Below are positions 20,987-29,093 of a DNA stretch of 64,000 nucleotides, piece after piece (the first letter of the stretch is position 1; every line of letters starts with the position of its first letter). The stretch lies in assembly GCA_028291055.1 (NCBI GenBank), contig JAQGIP010000133.1, forward strand, positions 3,113-67,112. The letters run 5' to 3'. The notes under the pieces are model-generated. The model saw only the letters and a list, made by a program, of their open reading frames with translations, was not told where the DNA came from and did not search any database. This stretch comes from Caulobacter sp. GTDB lineage: Bacteria; Pseudomonadota; Alphaproteobacteria; Caulobacterales; Caulobacteraceae. The position numbers and the translations under genes were made by a program.

Positions 20987-21903
20987 GTAGGGGTCCCCTC
21001 GAACGGATGCGTGGCGCGCCAATGGCGGGCGATATCGACTCGCCGCGCGAACCAGACACCCGATTTGCTCCTGGCGTATTTCAGGAACCGCTCCAGCCCG
21101 GCCATCTTGCCCGGCCGGCCGACGATGCGGCAGTGCAGCCCCACCGACATCATCTTGGGCGCGCTCTCCCCCTCCTCGTAGAGGACGTCGAAGGCGTCGC
21201 GCAGGTAGCTCTCGAACTGGTCGCCCGTGTTAAGCCCCGTGCCGGAGAAGCGCATGTCGTTGGCTTCCAGGGTGTAGGGCACGATCAGGTGGGGCTTGGC
21301 GGCTTCCACCGTCCAGAACGGCAGGTCATCCGAATAGTCGTCGGCGTCATAGAGGAAGCCACCCTCCTGCGCCGCCAGCCGCCGTGTGTTCGGACTGGTC
21401 CGGCCCGTGTACCAGCCCAGCGGCCGCTCGCCGGTCAGGCGGGTATGGATTTCGATGGCGCGGGCCATGTGCTCGCGCTCGATGTCCTCCGGCACGGATT
21501 GGTAGTTGATCCAGCGCCAGCCGTGGGAGGCGATCTCGTGGCCGGCCCGGAGGAAGGCCTCGACCACGGCGGGATTGCGCTCCATCGCCATGGCCACCCC
21601 GAAGATCGTCAGTGGGATGTCGTAGCGCTCGAATAGGCGCAGCAGCCGCCAGACGCCGGCGCGGGAGCCGTATTCGTAGATCTGCTCCATCGACATGTTG
21701 CGCGCGCCGACCACCGGCGCGGGGTTGATCATGTCGGACAGGAAGGTCTCCGCGCCCTCGTCGCCGTGCAGGATGGCGTTCTCGCCGCCCTCCTCGTAGT
21801 TGAGCACGACCTGCACGGCCACGCGGGCGCCGTGCGGCCATCGGGCATGCGGCGGATGTGCGCCGTAACCGATCAGGTCGCGGGGATAGTCGGCTGATGT
21901 CAT
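20983..21903 (-). CDS. puuE: allantoinase, PuuE type (polysaccharide deacetylase fold)
   Basis: MTSADYPRDLIGYG...VAVQVVLNYEEGGE...YEYGSRAGVWRLLRLF...HGWRWI... Confidence 0.88.
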   Translation of the reverse strand: MTSADYPRDLIGYGAHPPHARWPHGARVAVQVVLNYEEGGENAILHGDEGAETFLSDMINPAPVVGARNMSMEQIYEYGSRAGVWRLLRLFERYDIPLTIFGVAMAMERNPAVVEAFLRAGHEIASHGWRWINYQSVPEDIEREHMARAIEIHTRLTGERPLGWYTGRTSPNTRRLAAQEGGFLYDADDYSDDLPFWTVEAAKPHLIVPYTLEANDMRFSGTGLNTGDQFESYLRDAFDVLYEEGESAPKMMSVGLHCRIVGRPGKMAGLERFLKYARSKSGVWFARRVDIARHWRATHPFEGTPT

Positions 21904-22023
21904 ACGCTTGTGCTTGCGGCCCCGGACCGCCAGGCGGAAAATCACCGGCGGGATTGCATTTAGGCTGCGTTTTCAGGACTCTGGAAGGCTTCCCGCGAGA
22001 TTGGCGGGACCTGATTTGGTCCA

Positions 22024-22377
22024 ATGGGTGAATTTGTGAGCGGTCTGACCACACACGTCCTGGATACGGCCCATGGCCACCCGGCCAAGGGCGTCGCCGT
22101 GCGGCTCTACCGCGACGGGGTGCTGCTGACCCAATGCGTGACCAATCTCGACGGCCGTTGCGACAAGCCGCTGCTGACCGGGGCCGAGATGGACATCGGC
22201 CGCTATCACCTGGAGTTCTCGGTGGGCGACTATTTCAGGAGCATCGGCACGCCGATGCCGACCCCTTCCTTCCTCGACGTGGTGACCATCGACTTCGGGG
22301 TGGCCGACCCCCTCGCCCACTTCCATGTGCCGCTGCTGGTCTCGCCCTACGGCTATTCCACCTACCGGGGCAGCTGA
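22024..22377 (+). CDS. uraH: 5-hydroxyisourate hydrolase (transthyretin-like)
   Basis: LTTHVLDTAHGHPAKGVAV...HFHVPLLVSPYGYSTYRGS, with the diagnostic YRGS C-terminus. The start may instead be GTG 22036. Confidence 0.92.
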   Translation: MGEFVSGLTTHVLDTAHGHPAKGVAVRLYRDGVLLTQCVTNLDGRCDKPLLTGAEMDIGRYHLEFSVGDYFRSIGTPMPTPSFLDVVTIDFGVADPLAHFHVPLLVSPYGYSTYRGS

Positions 22378-23801
22378 TGGGAGATGTCATCCGCTTCCTT
22401 CTGGACGGCGAGGTTCGCGAGATCGCGGGCGCCGATCCGACCCACACGGTGCTCAACTGGCTGCGCTACGACGCGCGGCGGACCGGGACCAAGGAAGGGT
22501 GCGCGGAGGGGGATTGCGGGGCCTGCACGGTGGCGGTGGGCGACCTGGTGGGCGACTTGGTTGTGTGGCGCGCCATCAATGCCTGCATCGCCTTCCTGCC
22601 CAGCCTGCATGGCCGCGCGTTGGCCACCGTCGAAAGCCTGGGCGGCAAGCACCCCGTGCAGGCGGCGATGGTCGAACACCACGCCAGCCAGTGTGGATTC
22701 TGTACCCCTGGGTTCGTGATGAGCCTGGTGGCGCGGGAGCGGAACGGCGATGCGACGCCGGTAGCGGACGCCATCGCGGGCAACCTGTGCCGGTGCACGG
22801 GGTATGGGCCGATCCTGGCCGCGGCGGAGGCGGCGCAAGCGGGGCCGGCCGACCCTTCGGTGGCGGGGGCGTTGAAGGCGATCGCGTCCACGGAGACGCT
22901 GGCGCTGACTTGGGAAGGCAGGCGTTATTTCGCGCCACGTAGCCTGGAGGCGCTGGCGGCGCTGGCGCTCAAATACCCGGAGGCGGTGTTGGTGGCGGGG
23001 GGCACGGATGTGGGGCTTTGGGTCACCAAGCAGCATCGCAGCCTGCCCGTGGTGATCTCGACCATGGATGTGGCGGAGCTGAGCGCGGTCGAGGAGACCG
23101 GCCAAGTCCTGCGCATCGGCGCGGCGGTGCGCTACAGCGACGTGATCGCGCGGCTGGGGGCCCTGTATCCGGAGTTAGGCGAGATGATGCGGCGGCTGGG
23201 GTCGGTGCAGATCCGGAACAGCGGCACGGTCGGCGGCAACATCGCCAACGGCTCGCCGATCGGCGACATGCCGCCGGCGCTGATCGCGGCGGGGGCAACG
23301 CTCGTGCTGCGCAAGGGAAGCGAGCGGCGAGAGATGCCGCTGGAAGACTTCTTCCTGGCCTACGGCAAGCAGGATCGGGCGGCGGGCGAGTTCGTCGAGG
23401 CGGTGGTCGTGGCCAAGCCCGCGCCGGGGTCGGTTCTGAAAATCTACAAGCTTTCCAAGCGCTTCGACCAGGACATCTCAGCGGTTTGCGGGGCCTTCGG
23501 CCTGACGGTCGAGGGCGGCGTGGTGACGGCGGCGCGCATCGCCTTCGGCGGCATGGCGGCGACGCCGAAGCGGGCGAGCGCCTGCGAGGCGGCCATCATC
23601 GGCAAGCCCTGGAACGAGGCGACCGTGGCGGCGGGCATGGCGGCGCTGGAGGCGGACTATCAGCCGATCAGCGATATGCGCGCCTCGGCGGCTTACCGGC
23701 TGGCGTCGGCCAAGAACCTGCTGCGCAAGGCCTATGTCGAAACCAGCGGCGACGCGGGGCTGACCAGCGTGCTGGACGCCGGGGTGATGGCCGATGCCTG
23801 A
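22377..23801 (+). CDS. xdhA: xanthine dehydrogenase small subunit (2Fe-2S + FAD)
   Basis: MGDVIRFLLDGEV...GTKEGCAEGDCGACTV...CGFCTPGFVMS...GNLCRCTGY, followed by an FAD-binding domain (LVAGGTDVGLWVTK). Confidence 0.92.
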   Translation: MGDVIRFLLDGEVREIAGADPTHTVLNWLRYDARRTGTKEGCAEGDCGACTVAVGDLVGDLVVWRAINACIAFLPSLHGRALATVESLGGKHPVQAAMVEHHASQCGFCTPGFVMSLVARERNGDATPVADAIAGNLCRCTGYGPILAAAEAAQAGPADPSVAGALKAIASTETLALTWEGRRYFAPRSLEALAALALKYPEAVLVAGGTDVGLWVTKQHRSLPVVISTMDVAELSAVEETGQVLRIGAAVRYSDVIARLGALYPELGEMMRRLGSVQIRNSGTVGGNIANGSPIGDMPPALIAAGATLVLRKGSERREMPLEDFFLAYGKQDRAAGEFVEAVVVAKPAPGSVLKIYKLSKRFDQDISAVCGAFGLTVEGGVVTAARIAFGGMAATPKRASACEAAIIGKPWNEATVAAGMAALEADYQPISDMRASAAYRLASAKNLLRKAYVETSGDAGLTSVLDAGVMADA

Positions 23802-26145
23802 CCTCGGACCCGAACCGACGCCGACGCGGCCCTCTTATGAAAGAAGGGGCCGCGTCCACACCTCCGTCATCCATGACAGCGCCGAACGGCACGTCAGCGG
23901 CGGGGCGGTCTATATCGACGACATCGCCGAGCCGCGGGGCCTGCTGCATCTCTATCTGGCCCAGAGCACCAAGGCCCACGCCCGCCTGCTGAGTATGGAC
24001 CTGAGCCCGGTGCGCGCCGCGCCCGGCGTCGTGGCCGTGCTGTCGGCGGCGGACATTCCCGGCAAGAACGACGTCAGCCCGGTGTTCGGCGACGACCCGC
24101 TCTTCGCCGTCGATGAGGTGGTCTATGTGGGCCAGTCGCTGTTTGCGGTGGCGGCGGAGACCCTGGCCCTGGCCCGCGCGGCGGCGGGACTGGCGGTCAT
24201 CGCCTATGAAGACCTGCCCACGGTGTTGACCATCGCCGAGGCGCGCGCCGCCGACCTGAAGATCGAGGCGTCGCAGGTCATGAAGCGTGGCGACGCCCAG
24301 GCCGCCCTGGCCAAGGCGGGCCGGCGGCTTCGGGGCCATTTCGCCATCGGCGGCCAGGATCACTTCTACCTGGAGGGCCAGATCGCGGTGGCGACCCCCG
24401 GCGAGGACGACGACCTGCACGTCATCTCCTCCACCCAGCACCCGAGCGAGGTGCAGCACTTGATCGCCAAGGTCATGGGCCTGGCGCACAGCGCGGTGAC
24501 GGTGGAGGTGCGGCGCATGGGCGGCGGCTTCGGCGGCAAGGAGACCCAGCCGGCCCTGTTCGCGGCGGCTGCCGCATTGGCCGCGAGCAAGACCGGGCGT
24601 CCCGTGAAGGTGCGCGCCGACCGCGACGACGACATGGTGATGACCGGAAAGCGGCACGATTTCGAGATCGGCTATGACGTGGGCTTCGGCCCCGACGGGC
24701 GCATCGAAGGCATCGCGCTGGACCTCGCCAGCCGCTGCGGCTGCTCGGCCGACCTGTCGCCGGCGATCAACGACCGTGCGATGTTCCACAGCGATAACTG
24801 CTACTTCCTGGAAAATGTTGAGATCGTCTCTCATCGCTTCAAGACCCATACGGTGTCCAACACCGCCTTCCGGGGCTTTGGCGGGCCGCAAGGCATGGTG
24901 GGCATCGAGCGGGTGATGGACGCCATCGCCGCCGACCTGGGGCTGGATCCGCTGGCGGTGCGCAAGGCCAACCTCTATGGCCCCGGGCGCGACGTGACCC
25001 CCTATGCGATGACGGTGGAGGACAATGTCGCGCCGGAGATCATCGCCGAGCTGGAGGTCCGGTCCGACTATGCCGCGCGGCGGCTGGCCGTGGAGGCCTT
25101 CAATGCCGCCAACCGCTGGCTGAAGAAGGGTATCGCCCTGACCCCGGTGAAGTTCGGTATCTCCTTCACCACCAGCCATCTGAACCAAGCCGGCGCCCTG
25201 GTGCAGCTCTATGCCGACGGCAGCGTGCTGCTGAACCACGGCGGCACGGAGATGGGCCAGGGGCTGATGGTCAAGGTGGCCCAGGTAGTGGCGGAAGAGT
25301 TCGCCATCGACCTCGACCGGGTGAAGGTGTCGTCCACCCGCACGGACAAGGTGCCCAACACCTCCGCCACCGCCGCCTCGTCGGGTTCGGACCTGAACGG
25401 CATGGCGGCGCTGAACGCGGCGCGGACCATCAAGACGCGGCTGGTGGAGATGCTGGCGCACAAGTTCAACGTCGGCGCCGACTCCGTTGTTTTCGCTGAC
25501 AATCATGTGCTGATCGGCGGCGAGCGCCTGGCCTTTGGCGAGGTGGCGCGGCTGGGGCATCTGAACCGCATCAGCCTGTCGTCCACGGGCTTCTATTCCA
25601 CGCCCAAGATCCACTATGACCGGGCGAGCCATACGGGGCGGCCCTTCCTCTACTTCGCCTATGGGGCGGCGGTCAGCGAGGTGGTGATCGACACCCTGAC
25701 CGGCGAGAACCGCACCCTGCGGGTCGATATCCTGCATGACGTGGGACGCTCGCTGAACCCGGCCATCGACGAGGGCCAGATCGAGGGCGGCTTCATCCAG
25801 GGCATGGGCTGGCTGACCACCGAGGAACTGGTGTTCGACGACCAGGGCCGGCTGCGCACTCACGCGCCCAGCACCTACAAGATTCCGACCGCGTCGGACC
25901 GCCCGCCGGTGTTCAATCTGGATATCTGGCAGCCCGGCGTGAATCGCGAGGACACCATCCACCGCTCCAAGGCGGTGGGCGAGCCGCCGCTGATGCTGGC
26001 CATCTCGGTGTTTTCGGCCATGACTCACGCCGTGGCTGCCGCCGCCGACCACAAGGTCTTCCCCGATCTGGATGCGCCCACGACGCCCGAGCGGGTGCTC
26101 ATGGCGGTGCAGGATGCGCGGTGCCGGGCGGGGCTGGAGCCATGA
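23794..26145 (+). CDS. xdhB: xanthine dehydrogenase molybdopterin-binding subunit
   Basis: ...HDSAERHVSGGAVYIDD...RRMGGGFGGKET...FRGFGGPQGM...GTEMGQG...SKAVGEPPL, 783 aa. Confidence 0.93.
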   Translation: MPDLGPEPTPTRPSYERRGRVHTSVIHDSAERHVSGGAVYIDDIAEPRGLLHLYLAQSTKAHARLLSMDLSPVRAAPGVVAVLSAADIPGKNDVSPVFGDDPLFAVDEVVYVGQSLFAVAAETLALARAAAGLAVIAYEDLPTVLTIAEARAADLKIEASQVMKRGDAQAALAKAGRRLRGHFAIGGQDHFYLEGQIAVATPGEDDDLHVISSTQHPSEVQHLIAKVMGLAHSAVTVEVRRMGGGFGGKETQPALFAAAAALAASKTGRPVKVRADRDDDMVMTGKRHDFEIGYDVGFGPDGRIEGIALDLASRCGCSADLSPAINDRAMFHSDNCYFLENVEIVSHRFKTHTVSNTAFRGFGGPQGMVGIERVMDAIAADLGLDPLAVRKANLYGPGRDVTPYAMTVEDNVAPEIIAELEVRSDYAARRLAVEAFNAANRWLKKGIALTPVKFGISFTTSHLNQAGALVQLYADGSVLLNHGGTEMGQGLMVKVAQVVAEEFAIDLDRVKVSSTRTDKVPNTSATAASSGSDLNGMAALNAARTIKTRLVEMLAHKFNVGADSVVFADNHVLIGGERLAFGEVARLGHLNRISLSSTGFYSTPKIHYDRASHTGRPFLYFAYGAAVSEVVIDTLTGENRTLRVDILHDVGRSLNPAIDEGQIEGGFIQGMGWLTTEELVFDDQGRLRTHAPSTYKIPTASDRPPVFNLDIWQPGVNREDTIHRSKAVGEPPLMLAISVFSAMTHAVAAAADHKVFPDLDAPTTPERVLMAVQDARCRAGLEP

Positions 26146-26177
26146 GCGGATTGGCCTTTGAGCGTGCCCTTCCCACC

Positions 26178-26324
26178 CTCCGCTCATCCCGGCGAAAGCC
26201 GGGACCCATGGGGCCCGGCAGGACTGGCCCTTCGGGCCGAGGGCGGGCGCGGACGGCCCATGGGGGCCCTGGCGCTTCCGGAAAGTCACTATGGGTCCCG
26301 GCTTGCGCCGGGATGAGCGGAGAG
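26178..26324. repeat. family-B palindromic element, copy B1 (xdhB-xdhC spacer)
   Basis: Arms are CTCCGCTCATCCCGGCGAAAGCCGGGACCCATGG and CTATGGGTCCCGGCTTGCGCCGGGATGAGCGGAG. The interior is homologous to copies B2 and B3. Confidence 0.85.
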
Positions 26325-26359
26325 TTTGGGGGGGCTGAGAAGGCCTCGGGGGTCACCCC

Positions 26360-27352
26360 ATGACCTGGGCCTCGGAAGCCTTGGCGGCGGTTCGCAAAGG
26401 CGAGCCGGTGGCCCTGGTCAGCGTGGTGTCGGCCGAGGGCTCCACGCCGCGCGAGGCGGGCGCGCGGATGCTGGTCACCCCGGGGCGCCAGTCGGGGACG
26501 ATCGGCGGCGGCAATCTGGAACACCTGGCCACCGATCAGGCGCGCAAGCTGCTCGCCCAGTCGGCCCGGACCTATGCGTTGCAGGACTATCCACTGGGCC
26601 CCCTGCTGTCGCAGTGCTGCGGCGGCTATGTGCGCTTGCTGCTGGAGCGGCTGGACGACGCCAGCGCGCCGTGGCTGGAGGCGGTGGACGCGGCCTATGC
26701 GCGGCGCCGGCCGTTCGGCATCGCCGCGCTGTTCAAGGGCGACCAGCTGGAGCGGGTGCTGCTGCGCCAGGAGGACCAGTGGGTCGGCCGCGTGGCGCCG
26801 GCGGTGCTGGCCAACGGAGCAGGCCATCCGCTGGCGGGCAAGCGCCCCAGGCCCGGCGAGGGCGACCAGCTGATCGAGCGGATCGATGCGGCCAAGCCCA
26901 CGGTGCTGCTGTTCGGCGCGGGCCATGTGGGCCAGGCGATCGCGCGCGCCTTCGCACCTTTGCCCTTCACGCTCGACCAGCGCGACAGCCGCGAGGAGGC
27001 GGGCGGGCCGGGCGTTTCCGTGCAGGATGAAGCCGCCCTGGTCGAAGCCGCCGGATCGGCGGGCCCGGACGACTATGTGCTGGTGCTGACCCACAACCAC
27101 GATCTCGACTACCGGCTGGTGCGCGCGGCGATGGGCGCGAAGCCCCGCTATCTCGGCATGATCGGCTCGGCCACCAAGCGCGCGCGCTTCGAGCGGCGCC
27201 TGCGCGACGACGGTTTCAGCGAGGGCGACCTCGCCGACCTCACCTGCCCCATCGGCATCCCCGGCCTGAAATCCAAGGCCCCCGAAATCATCGCGGTGGC
27301 CGTGGCCGCCGACCTGCTGCAACGATTGGAAGACTTCAAGAATGCTGGCTGA
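26360..27352 (+). CDS. xdhC: xanthine dehydrogenase accessory protein XdhC
   Basis: VALVSVVSAEGSTPREAGARMLV...GTIGGGNLE...LLFGAGHVGQA...YLGMIGS. Confidence 0.88.
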   Translation: MTWASEALAAVRKGEPVALVSVVSAEGSTPREAGARMLVTPGRQSGTIGGGNLEHLATDQARKLLAQSARTYALQDYPLGPLLSQCCGGYVRLLLERLDDASAPWLEAVDAAYARRRPFGIAALFKGDQLERVLLRQEDQWVGRVAPAVLANGAGHPLAGKRPRPGEGDQLIERIDAAKPTVLLFGAGHVGQAIARAFAPLPFTLDQRDSREEAGGPGVSVQDEAALVEAAGSAGPDDYVLVLTHNHDLDYRLVRAAMGAKPRYLGMIGSATKRARFERRLRDDGFSEGDLADLTCPIGIPGLKSKAPEIIAVAVAADLLQRLEDFKNAG

Positions 27353-28529
27353 CCTCGCCGCCTGGGCCAACATGGGCCTGCGCTGGCTGCACATCATCAC
27401 CGGCATCGCCTGGATCGGTTCTTCCTTCTATTTCATGTGGTTGGACAGCCATCTGAAGGCGCCCGTGGTCGCGCGCGACGGCGTGGCGGGCGAGCTTTGG
27501 GCCGTCCACAGCGGCGGCTTCTATCAAAAGCAGAAGTTCATGGTCGCCCCGCTGGAGATGCCCGACGAGCTGCACTGGTTCAAATGGGAGGCCTACACCA
27601 CCTGGATCAGCGGCTTCGCCCTGCTTAGCCTGATCTACTATGTGGGCGCCAACCTCTATCTGATCGACCCGGCCAAGGCGCAGCTGACCCAGGTGAGCGC
27701 CATCGCGCTGGGCATCAGCTTCATCTTCGGCGGCTGGCTGGTCTACGACGGCCTGTGCCGCTCGCCCCTCGGCAAGAATTTGCGCGTGTTCGGCGCGGTC
27801 TGGTTCCTGGTGCTGACGGCCATGGCCTGGGCGCTGACCCACCTCTTCTCCAATCGCGGCGCCTTTATCCATGTGGGCGCGGTGATGGGCTCGATCATGG
27901 TGTTCAACGTCTTCGCCATCATCATCCCCAACCAGAAGAAGGTGGTGGCCGCGATGCTGGCCGGCGAGACGCCGGACCCGAACCTGGGCAAGCAGGCCAA
28001 GCAGCGCTCGGTGCACAACAACTACATGACCCTGCCCGTGCTGTTGATCATGGTCTCCAACCACTATCCGCTGCTGACCGACAGCCCGATCAACTGGCTG
28101 CTGCTGGCCGGTCTGGGGCTGGCGGGCTGGACCATCCGCCACTTCTTCAACCTCAAGAACAGCGGCCGCTACCAGCCCCAGGTGCTGCTCTACGGCATGC
28201 TGATCTTCGTGGGTGTGGCGCTGCTGGCGGAGGCCGCCAAGCCCAAGACCGCCTCGGCCGCCATGGGGCCGGTGAGCTTCGCCCAGGTCCAGACCATCGT
28301 GCGCACCCATTGCGCCATGTGCCATGCCGACCAGCCGACCCATAAGGGCTTCACCGCCCCGCCCAATGGCCTGAGCTTCGACAACCCCGACCACATCCGC
28401 GCGGCGGCGGCCAAGATCAACGAACGCGCCGTGGCCAGCGAGAGCATGCCGCTGGGCAACGAGACCCACATGACCCGGCTGGAGCGCGACACCCTGGGCG
28501 CCTGGATCGCGCAGGGCGCCAAGCCGTGA
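27342..28529 (+). CDS. puuD: membrane urate hydroxylase PuuD (DUF989 + C-terminal cytochrome c)
   Basis: LRWLHIITGIAWIGSSFYFMWLD, multiple TM segments, and a C-terminal CAMCHA haem-c motif. Overlaps xdhC by 11 nt. Confidence 0.85.
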   Translation: MLADLAAWANMGLRWLHIITGIAWIGSSFYFMWLDSHLKAPVVARDGVAGELWAVHSGGFYQKQKFMVAPLEMPDELHWFKWEAYTTWISGFALLSLIYYVGANLYLIDPAKAQLTQVSAIALGISFIFGGWLVYDGLCRSPLGKNLRVFGAVWFLVLTAMAWALTHLFSNRGAFIHVGAVMGSIMVFNVFAIIIPNQKKVVAAMLAGETPDPNLGKQAKQRSVHNNYMTLPVLLIMVSNHYPLLTDSPINWLLLAGLGLAGWTIRHFFNLKNSGRYQPQVLLYGMLIFVGVALLAEAAKPKTASAAMGPVSFAQVQTIVRTHCAMCHADQPTHKGFTAPPNGLSFDNPDHIRAAAAKINERAVASESMPLGNETHMTRLERDTLGAWIAQGAKP

Positions 28530-29011
28530 GGACGCTGACGCCGCAGCCCCTGACGCCCGAGGCGTTCGCGCCGTTCGGCGAGGTGATCTTCGCCGACCCG
28601 GCCAAGGCCATGGACATCAACTATGGCAACACCGTGCGCTTCAACGACCTGGCCCGGGTGGCCGTGGACGGCGGCCACGCCATCGTCAGCCTGTTCCGCT
28701 CCATCCCACTGGAACCGCTCGAACTGAAGATCATGGAGCGCCACCCCCTGGGCTCCCAGGCCTTCATGCCCCTGAACGGGCGGCCCTATCTGGTGGTGGT
28801 GGCGCCGCCCGGCGACCTCGATCCGGACAAGGTGCAGGCCTTCCTGGCCGGCCCGAACCAGGGCGTGAACTATGCCCCCGGCGTATGGCACCACTTCCTG
28901 CTGGCGCTGGGCGAGGTCAGCGACTTCCTGGTCATCGACCGTGAAGGACCGGAGGATAATTGCGATGAGGTGGAGTTGACGGAGGCGCTGGCCATCGCTT
29001 TTCGTGAATAG
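28526..29011 (+). CDS. allA: ureidoglycolate lyase
   Basis: LTPEAFAPFGEVI...NYGNTVRFNDLA...ERHPLGSQAFMPL...GVWHH. GTGA overlap with puuD. Confidence 0.88.
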   Translation: MRTLTPQPLTPEAFAPFGEVIFADPAKAMDINYGNTVRFNDLARVAVDGGHAIVSLFRSIPLEPLELKIMERHPLGSQAFMPLNGRPYLVVVAPPGDLDPDKVQAFLAGPNQGVNYAPGVWHHFLLALGEVSDFLVIDREGPEDNCDEVELTEALAIAFRE

Positions 29012-29093
29012 GAAGACAGGTAGCCCGCTAACGCTGTTCGGCGTGTCAGACGCCCGATAGGGTCGTCGCCACAGTCGTTTGGGGAACACCACC

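Noticed and set aside
22007-22022. A GGACC-TGATTT-GGTCC inverted repeat immediately upstream of uraH, considered as a possible regulator site for the purine operon.
   Set aside because: It has only 5-bp arms, occurs once, and I found no second copy in front of puuE, the TonB receptor or ureD. No cognate regulator gene lies in the window.
26121-26363. Short ORFs translated through the palindromic elements: 2388..2681, 52113..52466, 26121..26363, 31096..31287, 40627..40872, 40863..41120, 44633..44859.
   Set aside because: They exist on both strands of the same repeat and encode peptides such as SSRRKPGPMGPG and PAFAGMSG that simply mirror the inverted repeats. There is no RBS or family similarity. 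The one exception is the copy inside ureJ, which is reported separately.
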